This document shows, one piece after another, positions 38,877 to 48,994 of a stretch of DNA of 64,000 bases. The number at the start of each line of letters is the position of its first letter. The first letter of the stretch is position 1. Position numbers and translations under genes: made by a program. Source of the DNA: an uncultured Rickettsiales bacterium (GTDB taxonomy: Bacteria; Pseudomonadota; Alphaproteobacteria; Rickettsiales; CAZNNM01); NCBI GenBank assembly GCA_964574415.1, contig CAZNNM010000005.1:130132-194131 (forward strand). The letters run 5' to 3'. The notes beneath the pieces are model-generated. The model saw nothing but the letters and a program-made list of their open reading frames with translations. It did no database searches and was not told the DNA's origin.

Positions 38877-40966
38877 GCAGTGGTGTCCTTCCACGGTTGC
38901 TGCAAACGTGGCTCACCCATGATCACATAGCGCAGCAGCGCAACACCGAGATTCGGATTATAGAATGGATCATTAGCCAATGTTTCACCCCAATGGGTAA
39001 GCATATAATTGGCTTCCTGTTGGAGGCGCGCCTCTTTTTCTGGCGTTTTATCTTGGCCACGGCTGCGTGACTCATAATGATAAAGCACAGCATGTGGTGT
39101 GAAGATATTCCAATAGCCTTTTTCACGTAATTTGAGACAGAGATCGACATCATTATAGGCAATCGATAAATTCACCTCATCAAACCCACCCACTTCCTTA
39201 AACACCTCACGGCGCATCACAGCGCAAGCAGCTGTCACCGCCGTTACACAATGTGTCAACAATGCACGAGAGTAATAGCCTTCTGCATCACGTGGAATAC
39301 AGTGGAATGCATGTGACGCCACTCGATGCGGGCCTACGCCTACAACAACGCCGGCATGTTGTACGGTGTTATCATCATAAAGCAGTTTCGCTCCCACAGC
39401 GCCGACATCCGGGCGGAGTGCATGACTGACCATTTCATCCAGCCAATCAGGAGTGACCACTTCGATATCGTTATTCATGAATACCAGAATATCACCATCG
39501 GTTTGGCTCACCGCGTAGTTATTGATAGCCGAATAGTTAAACGGCTTATCGTAATTAATGACCTGTGCAATGCTTTGCTTTTTGAGTGTCTCGAAGTATT
39601 TGAGCGTCTCAGGATCAGTGCTTTGGTTATTAACGATAGTGATATCGTAATTGCCATAAGTGGTCTTCTCGCGGATGCTATCGATGCATTGCTTGAGCAA
39701 CGCACAATGATCACGCGTAGGAATAATAATACTGGCTTTTGGCTCAGGATAAACCGTTGGCCAGAGAATGTGGTTATAGCCGAAACGCTTATTGGCACCT
39801 GGCGCATCCACGACTAACGCATCGGGATAATGCGCATCAAAATAATCCCGCATTGCACGGCGTGCGGCATCAAGCGCATAGCTTTTGGAATCGATATTAA
39901 GTGCCGTTGAACCTTCGATAGCACGCCAGTGATACAGAACCCGTGGAATATGACGGACTTTATCTGGCGTGGTTTGTCCCAACGCACGCAGGCAGAGATC
40001 ATAATCCTGGCTGCCCTCATAACCCAGGCGGAAACCGCCAATAGCTGTTAGGATACTGCGACGGTAAACACCCAAATGGCTAAACATATTTTGCGCATAG
40101 AATAAATCCGGATTCCAATCGCTTTTGAAATACGGCCCATAGCGACGGCCCGTTGCATTGATTTTATCCTCATCGCTATACATCAAATCCACATCAGCAT
40201 GCTGGTTGATTTCGTTGGCAACGTAATAGAGCGCGTGTTCTGGCAAGGTATCATCATGATCCAGCAAGGCTACAAACTCGCCCGTGGCAATTTCTAGCGC
40301 ACTGTTAGATGCAGCTGAAATATGCCCATTCTTTTCACGGAACACCACTTTAATGCGGCTATCCTTTTGCTGATACTCTTCGAGTACAGCACGAATATGC
40401 GGCGCAGGCGAGCAATCATCCGCGATGCAGAATTCCCAATAAGGATAAAGCTGATTACGCACCGATTCAATCGCCTCACGCAACCAGGTTTCGCCGATAT
40501 TATAAACAGGCATGACCACGGAAATGACAGGCTTATGCGGGAACGTTTCGATATGCGCACGGATGGCGGTGCGGTCAGCATCACCGAGCGTATCGTAATC
40601 TTCTACCCATTGCTCATAGGAGATTTCACCCGCTGCCTGGCTAGGAATAAAACGAATAGCATTAAGCAAACCATGGTCACGCTGAATAGCGATGACTTTT
40701 TGTACAAAACCCTGCCATCCTACCTCATTCACACGGCGCTGGATGACTTTGACGATTTTGCAATAGAGGGAAGGTTGCGCTAAGAAACGTGCAATACGAT
40801 ACCATGCTTTGAGCTTGCGCAGCGGTGCCGTAATCCGCCAAGAGGGCGATTTTGCAACGGCTTCTAGCGATTTCTCTAAACGCTTATTCTCTTCTTGTAC
40901 AATCGAAAGTTCATAGCGCAAGCGGCGGAGTTCTTGGCGTAGCGCTGTGTTCTGATTCTGTTGCAT
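38852..40966 (-). CDS. glycosyltransferase with two tandem GT2 (GT-A) domains and an N-terminal coiled coil
   Basis: ISVVMPVYN...LLDHDD and ASIIIPTRD...VFMNNDIE, i.e. two DxD-containing GT2 modules. Confidence 0.85.
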   Translation of the reverse strand: MQQNQNTALRQELRRLRYELSIVQEENKRLEKSLEAVAKSPSWRITAPLRKLKAWYRIARFLAQPSLYCKIVKVIQRRVNEVGWQGFVQKVIAIQRDHGLLNAIRFIPSQAAGEISYEQWVEDYDTLGDADRTAIRAHIETFPHKPVISVVMPVYNIGETWLREAIESVRNQLYPYWEFCIADDCSPAPHIRAVLEEYQQKDSRIKVVFREKNGHISAASNSALEIATGEFVALLDHDDTLPEHALYYVANEINQHADVDLMYSDEDKINATGRRYGPYFKSDWNPDLFYAQNMFSHLGVYRRSILTAIGGFRLGYEGSQDYDLCLRALGQTTPDKVRHIPRVLYHWRAIEGSTALNIDSKSYALDAARRAMRDYFDAHYPDALVVDAPGANKRFGYNHILWPTVYPEPKASIIIPTRDHCALLKQCIDSIREKTTYGNYDITIVNNQSTDPETLKYFETLKKQSIAQVINYDKPFNYSAINNYAVSQTDGDILVFMNNDIEVVTPDWLDEMVSHALRPDVGAVGAKLLYDDNTVQHAGVVVGVGPHRVASHAFHCIPRDAEGYYSRALLTHCVTAVTAACAVMRREVFKEVGGFDEVNLSIAYNDVDLCLKLREKGYWNIFTPHAVLYHYESRSRGQDKTPEKEARLQQEANYMLTHWGETLANDPFYNPNLGVALLRYVIMGEPRLQQPWKDTTAWTQKQAA

Positions 40967-40972
40967 GATTCA

Positions 40973-41461
40973 CTAGCGACGAATAAGCGGCATGAACTCT
41001 TCAATAATCGTAGCATAGAGCTTACGTTTGAAGGGAACAATGATTTCAGGCAATGTACGCATATCCACCCAGCGCCAGGACATAAATTCTGCATGCTCAG
41101 TATTGATATTAATATCCGCATCCGTGCCTTTAAAACGCAGCAAGAACCATTTTTGCTTTTGGCCACGGTATTGACCGTCCCATAATTTAGGAACGAGATG
41201 ATCAGGCAAATCATAATAGAACCAATCGCGGCTTTCAGCAACGATCACGGCATTATCAATGCCCGTTTCTTCCATCAGCTCGCGCATGACGGCATCTTTC
41301 GCCTCCTCATCACCATCAATCCCTCCTTGTGGCATTTGCCAGGCTTCACTGCGCGTATCGATACGTCTGCCGACGAATACCTCATTACGGGCATTAAGCA
41401 GCATAATACCTACGCCAGGACGGTAAGGGAGATGATGAAAAGTGGAATTATACGAGCGCAC
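40973..41461 (-). CDS. rppH: RNA pyrophosphohydrolase (Nudix)
   Basis: YRPGVGIMLLN ... WQMPQGGIDGDEEAKDAVMRELMEETGI Nudix box. Confidence 0.88.
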   Translation of the reverse strand: MRSYNSTFHHLPYRPGVGIMLLNARNEVFVGRRIDTRSEAWQMPQGGIDGDEEAKDAVMRELMEETGIDNAVIVAESRDWFYYDLPDHLVPKLWDGQYRGQKQKWFLLRFKGTDADININTEHAEFMSWRWVDMRTLPEIIVPFKRKLYATIIEEFMPLIRR

Positions 41462-41504
41462 AACAACTAACTATCTGTCTAAAAATTATCAAAACTAAAA
41501 AGGC

Positions 41505-42665
41505 TTACGGCATCAGGCGTGTGACAGGCACGAGCATAAAACCGCGGCTTTCAAGACCGGATGCCCAGTCCTGCACGATTTTAAGGGTAATAGGATAAGG
41601 GCTTCCCAAACCAAGCGCATAGCCATTTTTCTTGGCAGTTACTTCAAGCGATTGTAGCTTCGCTTGAATAGCATTGGCAGAAATCTTGTCGTCTATTACC
41701 GTATCGATAGCAATCACAGGAATATCCTCGCCCTTTGCATTTTGCAGCAAAGACTGGTTCGTATATCCTGCACCATAGGCGAATAATAGATGATGGGCCT
41801 TGATACTGTCAAGAATTGGCTTCACTGCACGCTTGGCCGTGGTGAATTTTTCACGCGGATCACTATAGATACCGATATAACCATCCCCCCGGCTTAATAT
41901 CCAATCAAACCGTGCAATATTCTCTTTTTCATCAAGATCGGTGAGCAATGCATAAGGGCCAGCATCATCAGCGGGATAATCCATGGTTTGCATAGGCGCA
42001 TGCATAAGCGTCTGGAATCCTTGCTTAACCGCTTTATCCATCCAGCCTTTTACATCATGTGCATAGGGAGAGAAACCCAATGTAATCGTGATCGGAAGCT
42101 CAAGCGCACGCTCTGTGGTGGCACCATTAAGGCCTAATCCGCCAACGATAATAGCAATACGCGCCTTAGGCGCAGGCGGCGCTTCCGGTTCGGTGGTGGC
42201 TGGAATAGGTTCTTCTTTCGGCTTTTTATCGCCCACAGCTTTTTCAGCCAGGGTCAGAGGGTTTTCAGCCGCAGGTGTTTCTTCTGCTTTGTGCTCTGCG
42301 GCAGACTCTTTTGGAGCATCCTCTTCCTTAGCAACCTCTTCAGGCTTCGCATTCACCGCCGAAGCCGCCTCAACAGCAGAAGGTTGCTTATCTGTTTCTT
42401 CAGGCGTTACAGCAGTAGATTCATCCAGTGTTTCTACGGATGGCTCTTCTGCCTTTTTCTCTGGCACAGGCGGCAACACACCATCAGTAATCTCGCCACT
42501 TTCCAGCGAAACCACTACGCTACGTCCTGCTTTTTCCGCTTCTTTTAAGCCGTGTTTGGATAAAACAGCGGATTGGTAAAACACCAGCCCAACACATAAA
42601 GCCACTATGAGGGCAGATAGACTGCCCCATAGGATGATTCGCTTATGTGATATAAGATTAGGCAC
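41505..42665 (-). CDS. divergent polysaccharide deacetylase (YibQ-like) with TM anchor and acidic low-complexity linker
   Basis: RIAIIVGGLGLNGATTERALELPITITLGFSPYA...MHAPMQ. Confidence 0.75.
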   Translation of the reverse strand: MPNLISHKRIILWGSLSALIVALCVGLVFYQSAVLSKHGLKEAEKAGRSVVVSLESGEITDGVLPPVPEKKAEEPSVETLDESTAVTPEETDKQPSAVEAASAVNAKPEEVAKEEDAPKESAAEHKAEETPAAENPLTLAEKAVGDKKPKEEPIPATTEPEAPPAPKARIAIIVGGLGLNGATTERALELPITITLGFSPYAHDVKGWMDKAVKQGFQTLMHAPMQTMDYPADDAGPYALLTDLDEKENIARFDWILSRGDGYIGIYSDPREKFTTAKRAVKPILDSIKAHHLLFAYGAGYTNQSLLQNAKGEDIPVIAIDTVIDDKISANAIQAKLQSLEVTAKKNGYALGLGSPYPITLKIVQDWASGLESRGFMLVPVTRLMP

Positions 42666-42688
42666 GTCTACCCCTCATTCGCCTAAAC

Positions 42689-44068
42689 TTACTGCTTCGC
42701 AGCAGGTGCAGCCGGTTGTTGTTTGGTAGACTCAAACACCGCCAGCGCATGGAGCAAATCAATTGCGCGAGCCAGTTGGTAATCACGCTGAGCTACCGGC
42801 AACTCGTCACCTTTTTTGCTATCACTAGGCGCGATTGGGAAATTCGGTGTCTTTTCCTTCTCTTTTGCTTCCTTATCTTTACCCTCACCATCACCATTGA
42901 CTAAATGCCCTGGCAAATTGGCTTCTTTATAAAGATCATTGCTCTTAATCGGCTCTACTTTAGCCTGTTCCACCACGATATCCGGCTCAATACCTTCAGC
43001 CTGGATCGAACGGCCAGATGGGGTATAGTAGCGCGAAGTAGTCAAGCGCATCGCACGGTCACCCGGCAATGGAATCACGGTTTGCACAGAACCTTTACCG
43101 AAAGAACGCGTACCCATCACAATTGCACGGTGATGATCTTGCAGCGCACCCGCCACAATCTCAGAAGCAGACGCCGAACCACCATTGATCAGCACCACAA
43201 TCGGCAAGCCTTCCGAAATATCACCCTCACGTGCATTCACACGCTTAGCATTATTCGGATCACGACCACGGGTAGATACAATCTCACCTTGGGTTAAGAA
43301 CGCATCGCTCACTTCAATCGCCTGATCCAGCAAACCGCCTGGGTTGTTACGCAAGTCAAGCACGATACCTTTTAAGTTCTTACCCATCGATTTTTGCAGA
43401 TCAAGGAATTCTTTCTTCAAACCACCGAAGGTTTGCTCAGAGAAGGAGGTAATACGCAAATACGCAATATCGCCTTCAGCCTTAGAGCGCACGGATTTAA
43501 TCTTAATGATATCGCGCACAATCACGTAATCTTTAGGCTCAGTTGCCCCTTCACGAAGCACCGTTACGGTAATCTTCGAACCCGCAGGGCCACGCATTTT
43601 CTCTACCGCTTGGGCCAGGGTCAAACCGCTGACACTTTCGGTATCAATATGGCTGATATAATCACCTGCTTGGATACCAGCACGGTATGCCGGTGTATCA
43701 TCAATCGGAGAAACCACTTTAATCAGGTTGTTTTCCATGGTTACTTCAATACCAAGCCCGCCAAACTCCCCACGGGTTTGGACTTTCATCTCATCAAAAG
43801 CTTTTTTATTGAGATAGCCAGAATGCGGATCAAGCGCTGTGAGCATGCCATTAATCGCAGATTCAATCAAATCTTGATACGACACATCATCCACATAATC
43901 CTGACGCACCTTCTCCAGCACATCGCCGAATAACTCTAGCATTTCAAGATTTTGTTTGGTTTTTGCTTCAGCCGCGTAAATGCTCACAGAAATCAAAGGA
44001 ACAACGGAAACAGTGGCAATAATAACAAGCTTCTTCAGGCGTCTTAGGAGTGTGGGAGATATGGACAT
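42689..44068 (-). CDS. ctpA: carboxy-terminal processing protease (S41)
   Basis: PDZ region GIEVTMENNLIKVVSPIDDTPAYRAGIQAGD. Catalytic GGSASASEIVAGALQD and TRSFGKGSVQ. Start set at the ATG at 44068. Confidence 0.9.
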   Translation of the reverse strand: MSISPTLLRRLKKLVIIATVSVVPLISVSIYAAEAKTKQNLEMLELFGDVLEKVRQDYVDDVSYQDLIESAINGMLTALDPHSGYLNKKAFDEMKVQTRGEFGGLGIEVTMENNLIKVVSPIDDTPAYRAGIQAGDYISHIDTESVSGLTLAQAVEKMRGPAGSKITVTVLREGATEPKDYVIVRDIIKIKSVRSKAEGDIAYLRITSFSEQTFGGLKKEFLDLQKSMGKNLKGIVLDLRNNPGGLLDQAIEVSDAFLTQGEIVSTRGRDPNNAKRVNAREGDISEGLPIVVLINGGSASASEIVAGALQDHHRAIVMGTRSFGKGSVQTVIPLPGDRAMRLTTSRYYTPSGRSIQAEGIEPDIVVEQAKVEPIKSNDLYKEANLPGHLVNGDGEGKDKEAKEKEKTPNFPIAPSDSKKGDELPVAQRDYQLARAIDLLHALAVFESTKQQPAAPAAKQ

Positions 44069-44129
44069 TCTAATAGGCTCACCTAGGTTAAAAATATTGT
44101 AGCATTTATATATAAGCACGTCTCATGCA

Positions 44130-44789
44130 TTACCGCAACCGGTGATACAGATGTACCATAAAAACAACTGCAAGTACGGGCACACAAAGGTTAATTAGTG
44201 GCACGGCTGCAACCATCAACAATAACACACCACCCCATAAGATAACAGTGCGGTGTTTCTTGTAGAGAGCATTACGTTCGGCCGGTGTGTGATAATGACT
44301 CGCCACCATGCCAAAAAATTCGCGGCCAAGCAAATAGCCATTCACAGCGGAATAGACGAAGAAATTGACCAGCGGGATAAAATAAATAGGAAGCAAAATA
44401 ATATTGATTCCCAATATCTTGAGTAAGAAATACCCTTCATGCCCTAATTCCTTAACCACCCCAGTATGCGGGCGCGGGAGGTCTGCCGCTTCAGGATAAT
44501 AGCGGTTCTCCATATGTTTGACGATCTTATTATCAAAGAAACTGGCCACAACAGGGAAGGTAAGCGGAAATAAGAACCATGCAATCACCATGGCCAGGCC
44601 AACGCTAAATGTATCCACCAAGGTCTCCAACCAGGAGATGTGTTGCCATACGGTCAGATCCATCACTTGCCAAATCGCAACGACAAATACGATCCAGACA
44701 ATAATGTTCAATAAGGCAGTTATCAGGATAATCCGCCATAAAGCGACGTCAAATAATGCGCCGATCGTTTTGAAAACAGAATGTAACAT
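44130..44789 (-). CDS. EI24/CysZ-like polytopic membrane protein
   Basis: Six hydrophobic segments. PLVNFFVYSAVNGYLLGREFF resembles the EI24 family. Assignment from memory. Confidence 0.5.
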   Translation of the reverse strand: MLHSVFKTIGALFDVALWRIILITALLNIIVWIVFVVAIWQVMDLTVWQHISWLETLVDTFSVGLAMVIAWFLFPLTFPVVASFFDNKIVKHMENRYYPEAADLPRPHTGVVKELGHEGYFLLKILGINIILLPIYFIPLVNFFVYSAVNGYLLGREFFGMVASHYHTPAERNALYKKHRTVILWGGVLLLMVAAVPLINLCVPVLAVVFMVHLYHRLR

Positions 44790-44873
44790 GGTTTATCTCT
44801 TGCTAGGCATTATTTCTATATAGTATATATACGGGGAATTTTCTATCACTATGTTTTTGGAGTAACGTATTTC

Positions 44874-45854
44874 GTGGCTGTATATACTGAGATTTCCCCC
44901 TCTGATGTGAATACGTTACTGGCATCCTACGCGATAGGCAAGCTCGAATCGCTGCAAGGTATCGCTGAAGGTGTCGAAAATTCCAATTATTTGCTGACGA
45001 CCTCTAAAGCGAAGTTTATTTTAACACTCTATGAAAAACGCGTGAACCCTGATGATTTGCCGTTTTTCTTGGAGTTGATGGAGCATTTAGCCGCCAATGG
45101 TGTATCTTGCCCATTACCTGTGAAAGATAAAAACGGCAATATGTTGCAGACACTGTGCGGCCGCCCAGCGGCAATGGTGAGTTTCTTACAAGGCAAAGCG
45201 ACAAAACTGCCAAAGAACTACCATTTACAAGGCCTGGGCGAAGCCATGGCGCGGATGCATATAGCAGGCCAAAGTTTTGCGCGCAAGCGGGTGAATAATT
45301 TTTCCCTGCCAACGTGGAAATCTATGGCAGACCATCTGCTGCCACGCGCCGATGAAGTAAAATTTGGATTGGCCACTGAGATTAAAGAGCAATTGGCCTT
45401 CTTAGAAGCCGAATGGCCAAGCGATTTACCATCCGGTGTCATCCATGCGGATTTATTCCCCGATAATGTGTTTTTTGAAGGCGAGAAGCTCTCTGGCATT
45501 ATTGATTTCTATTTTGCCTGTACCGATTTCTTAGCTTATGACGTAGCCATTTGCTTAAATGCCTGGTGTTTTGAGGCTAATGGTGAGTTTAATATCACCA
45601 AGGCAAAAGTATTTTTATCTGCCTATCATGCCGTGCGCCCGCTCACCGATAAAGAAATCACGACACTGCCCATTCTGGCCTCCGGTGCTGCCATGCGTTT
45701 CCTGCTCACACGGCTGCATGATTGGTTACATCGGGTGGAAGGCGCATTAGTGCGTCCGAAGAACCCTCTCGAATACGCCCAAAAACTCCGTTTCCACCAA
45801 GGCATTTCGCATCCGAAAAGCTATGGCCTGTATGAGGAAATATTGCGTGACTAA
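44874..45854 (+). CDS. thrB: homoserine kinase (ThrB type II, APH-fold)
   Basis: GTG start. [23 protein letters not shown]...[11 protein letters not shown]...[13 protein letters not shown]. Confidence 0.85.
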   Translation: MAVYTEISPSDVNTLLASYAIGKLESLQGIAEGVENSNYLLTTSKAKFILTLYEKRVNPDDLPFFLELMEHLAANGVSCPLPVKDKNGNMLQTLCGRPAAMVSFLQGKATKLPKNYHLQGLGEAMARMHIAGQSFARKRVNNFSLPTWKSMADHLLPRADEVKFGLATEIKEQLAFLEAEWPSDLPSGVIHADLFPDNVFFEGEKLSGIIDFYFACTDFLAYDVAICLNAWCFEANGEFNITKAKVFLSAYHAVRPLTDKEITTLPILASGAAMRFLLTRLHDWLHRVEGALVRPKNPLEYAQKLRFHQGISHPKSYGLYEEILRD

Positions 45855-46275
45855 AGTAGTGATTTACACCGATGGCGCCTGTTCCGGCAATCCTGGCCCT
45901 GGAGGGTGGGGAGCCGTGTTACGCTATGGCGAACACCTGAAAGAAATTTCCGGTGGCGAGCCAGAGACAACCAATAACCGCATGGAACTTATGGCAGCCA
46001 TTGCAGCGTTAGAGTTGCTGACACGGCCTTGTACGATTGATCTCTACACCGATAGCAATTATGTGCGCGATGGCATCATGAAATGGATCCATAACTGGAA
46101 ACGCAGCGGCTGGAAAACTGCCGATAAAAAACCCGTCAAAAACCAAGAACTCTGGCAACGCCTAGACGAAGCGCTAGCACGCCATACGGTAGAGTGGCAT
46201 TGGGTCAAAGGGCATAATGGCGATCCAGGCAATGAGCGGGCCGATACGCTAGCGCGTGAAGCAGTGAGGAAATAG
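45823..46275 (+). CDS. rnhA: ribonuclease HI
   Basis: [20 protein letters not shown]...[15 protein letters not shown]...DSNYV...[12 protein letters not shown]. Confidence 0.92.
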   Translation: MACMRKYCVTKVVIYTDGACSGNPGPGGWGAVLRYGEHLKEISGGEPETTNNRMELMAAIAALELLTRPCTIDLYTDSNYVRDGIMKWIHNWKRSGWKTADKKPVKNQELWQRLDEALARHTVEWHWVKGHNGDPGNERADTLAREAVRK

Positions 46276-46283
46276 GAAACAGC

Positions 46284-46323
46284 ATTCGGGATCCAGTCCA
46301 GGATTCACCTCTGGATCCCGAAT
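46284..46323. repeat. 13-bp perfect hairpin of the GGATCC-type repeat between convergent rnhA and hemF
   Basis: attcgggatccag / ctggatcccgaat, followed by gaatcctgaatgccgaatcct units. Confidence 0.75.
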
Positions 46324-46342
46324 CCTGAATGCCGAATCCTCA

Positions 46343-47188
46343 TTAAGGCCACTTCACCTCCGGCGGCATAGACATCAGAATCGCTTCTGTATTTCCACCT
46401 GTCATCAGCCCAAACTTGGTGCCTCTGTCATAGAGCAAGTTAAATTCTACATAGCGCCCGCGTTTGACCAGTTGATGTTCGCGTTGCTCTGCCGTCCAGG
46501 CTTCATCTTTATGGCGGCGGACAATGTCAGGATAGATATCACGGAATGTTTTGCCAACATCTTGGGTGAAGGCAAAATCTTTCTCCCAGCTGCCACTATC
46601 CAAATAATCATAAAATATCCCGCCAATCCCGCGTGGTTCGTTGCGGTGTTTGAGGAAGAAATACTCATCGCACCACTCTTTATAGAGCGGGTAATAATCA
46701 GGATTATGCGCATCACAAGTGGTTTTGAATGCCTGATGGAAATCAGCACTATCCTTATCATTCGGATACATCGGCGTCAAATCCGCCCCGCCGCCAAACC
46801 AGTGTTTGCAGGTGGCAATAAAACGGGTGTTCATATGCACGGCAGGCACCAGTGGTGAACACATATGCGCCACCAGTGAAACACCGGTTGCGAAGAAAGA
46901 TGGATCTTCCTCCGTGCCTGGAATCTGACCACGGAACTCTTCGGAGAATGTGCCAAAAACAGTGGAAATATTGACCCCCACTTTTTCAAACACACGCCCG
47001 CGCATGATCGACATTTCACCCCCACCGCCTTGCGGTCGCTCCCACACTTTACGCTCAAATGTACCTGCTGGGCGGTTGGCAGCATTATAACCACCTTCCG
47101 CTTCAATTGCTTCAAAAGCCGAACAAATTTGATCGCGCAACTGGCGGAACCAGCCTGCGGCGTGTTGTTTTTGTGTATCTATAGACAT
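46343..47188 (-). CDS. hemF: oxygen-dependent coproporphyrinogen III oxidase
   Basis: [19 protein letters not shown] and [19 protein letters not shown]. Confidence 0.92.
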   Translation of the reverse strand: MSIDTQKQHAAGWFRQLRDQICSAFEAIEAEGGYNAANRPAGTFERKVWERPQGGGGEMSIMRGRVFEKVGVNISTVFGTFSEEFRGQIPGTEEDPSFFATGVSLVAHMCSPLVPAVHMNTRFIATCKHWFGGGADLTPMYPNDKDSADFHQAFKTTCDAHNPDYYPLYKEWCDEYFFLKHRNEPRGIGGIFYDYLDSGSWEKDFAFTQDVGKTFRDIYPDIVRRHKDEAWTAEQREHQLVKRGRYVEFNLLYDRGTKFGLMTGGNTEAILMSMPPEVKWP

Positions 47189-47278
47189 GATGGGAACTCC
47201 TTGATAAGGAATTTATAGAGGATTTTGGGGGGAGTGGCAAGTAAGGTAAAGAATTGGGGCTGACTCATTTTGAATTTT

Positions 47279-47493
47279 TGTCATCCCGGACTTGGCAGCT
47301 CGATGAAATCAAGAGCGGGATCCACTGTTATGGTGGCGTGATTGCTAACAATCTCGTTGGAAGCACCAGTCTTGGTGGATTCCGGATCAAGTCCGGAATG
47401 ACAATGAAAATACTGTCATTCGCCAACTTGATCAGCATCGCTGTAGACTATTCGTCATTGCGAAGCCACATAGTGGCCATGGCAATCCAGGGG
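47279..47493. repeat. three adjacent nested-hairpin repeat units
   Basis: 47279-47403 is a full unit that aligns with 58730-58836 but has an 18-nt insertion in the left hairpin. 47414-47440 is degenerate. 47453-47493 is a GTCATTGCGAAGCC...GGCAATCCAGG arm. Confidence 0.85.
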
Positions 47494-47523
47494 CGAGACT
47501 CTCCACCTCACGACCGCTCGCAA

Positions 47524-48810
47524 TTAAGCCGTCAGCTTCTTCACCACTGCATCCAGTGACAATTCTTCTTTCTCACCGGTCTTGCGATTCTTCAACTCCA
47601 CAATCCCATTCGCCGCCCCACGCGGACCGATGGCTGCGTGCCATGGCGTGCCAATCAAATCTTGTGTCGCAAACTTGCTACCTGCACTCTCGCGAGTATC
47701 ATCGTAAAGCACTTCCACACCCGCTTTTTGCAGTTTGGTATAAAGCTCTTCACACAGTTTCTCGCATTCTTCTGCGCCACTCTTCAAATTCAGCACGGCC
47801 ACTTTAAATGGCGCGACGGATTCCGGCCAAATAATCCCATCCTCATCATGATGCGCTTCGATAATCGCACCCACTAGGCGGGATACACCGATACCATAAG
47901 CACCCATCTCCACCGTCACTTGCTTGCCTTCGCTATCCAGCACGGTCGCGCCTAATGCTTCGGAATATTTCGTGCCGAAATAGAAAACATGCCCAACCTC
48001 AATACCGCGCTTCTTACGCAAACGTTCCGCAGGCACTGGACAGTTAGCAGGATCATGCAATTCATCCGCCGCCGCATAGAGTGAATGCAGCTTGTCGATA
48101 TCGACATGCGGTGCATCCATCAGCTCTTCAAAGGCTGCATCGTAATACACATCGCTCTCGCCCGTCTCAGCAATAATCTGGAATTCATGGCTCAAATTCC
48201 CACCAATCGGGCCGGTTTCAGCACGTACTGGAATTGCTGTTAAGCCCATACGTTTGAAGGTATTGAGGTATGCCTCATACATAATATCGTAGGATTTCTT
48301 AGCACCCTCATAATCCAAGTCAAAACTATACGCATCCTTCATCAAAAACTCGCGACCACGCATCACACCGAAACGCGGACGGATTTCGTCGCGGAACTTC
48401 CATTGGATATGGTAAAGATTCATTGGCAGATTCTTGTAGCTTTTGACGTTCTTGCGGAACAGATCGGTGATCACTTCCTCATTGGTCGGGCCAAAGAGCA
48501 ACTCATGTTCATGGCGGTCTTCGATGCGGAGCATCTCTTTGCCATAAGCATCATAACGGCCAGATTCTTTCCATAATTCAGCCGGCTGAATGCATGGCAT
48601 CAACAGCTCAATCGCGCCGGCTTTGTTCATCTCTTCACGCACAATCTGCTCAATATTGCGCAGCACTTTTAAGCCCAATGGCAGCCAGTTATACAGGCCA
48701 GAGCTTAACTGGCGCACCAAGCCTGCACGGAGCATTAAACGATGTGAAGCAATCGTAGCTTCAGAAGGAGTTTCTTTTAAGATCGGCAAAAAATAACGCG
48801 ATAGACGCAT
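47524..48810 (-). CDS. proS: prolyl-tRNA synthetase (short form lacking the insertion editing domain)
   Basis: [18 protein letters not shown]..., class II motifs [17 protein letters not shown] and [10 protein letters not shown]. 428 aa. Confidence 0.93.
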   Translation of the reverse strand: MRLSRYFLPILKETPSEATIASHRLMLRAGLVRQLSSGLYNWLPLGLKVLRNIEQIVREEMNKAGAIELLMPCIQPAELWKESGRYDAYGKEMLRIEDRHEHELLFGPTNEEVITDLFRKNVKSYKNLPMNLYHIQWKFRDEIRPRFGVMRGREFLMKDAYSFDLDYEGAKKSYDIMYEAYLNTFKRMGLTAIPVRAETGPIGGNLSHEFQIIAETGESDVYYDAAFEELMDAPHVDIDKLHSLYAAADELHDPANCPVPAERLRKKRGIEVGHVFYFGTKYSEALGATVLDSEGKQVTVEMGAYGIGVSRLVGAIIEAHHDEDGIIWPESVAPFKVAVLNLKSGAEECEKLCEELYTKLQKAGVEVLYDDTRESAGSKFATQDLIGTPWHAAIGPRGAANGIVELKNRKTGEKEELSLDAVVKKLTA

Positions 48811-48870
48811 GATAGTCCTTTTTATAATACAGCTCGTGTCTGGCGTTGTATTATTTGCTTATTTATTTTT

Positions 48871-48946
48871 AGATGGATCCTTGGGTCAAGCCCAAGGATG
48901 ACAACACATACTCTGTCATTCTCGGACTTGATCCGAGAATCCATCC
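48871..48946. repeat. two back-to-back hairpin units of the intergenic repeat family
   Basis: agatggatccttgggtcaagcccaaggatgaca and tgtcattctcggacttgatccgagaatccatcc. Confidence 0.85.
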
Positions 48947-48994
48947 TAAACATCAAGCAAAAATACAGCCTTTATGCCATGACAATTCTAAAAC

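Noticed and set aside
47254-47559. ORFs translated across repeat elements: 47254-47559, 48873-49184, 48898-49134, 55383-55607 and 23608-23793
   Set aside because: They are composed largely of repeat-derived sequence or antisense of neighbouring genes. They lack ribosome-binding sites and have no recognisable protein features.
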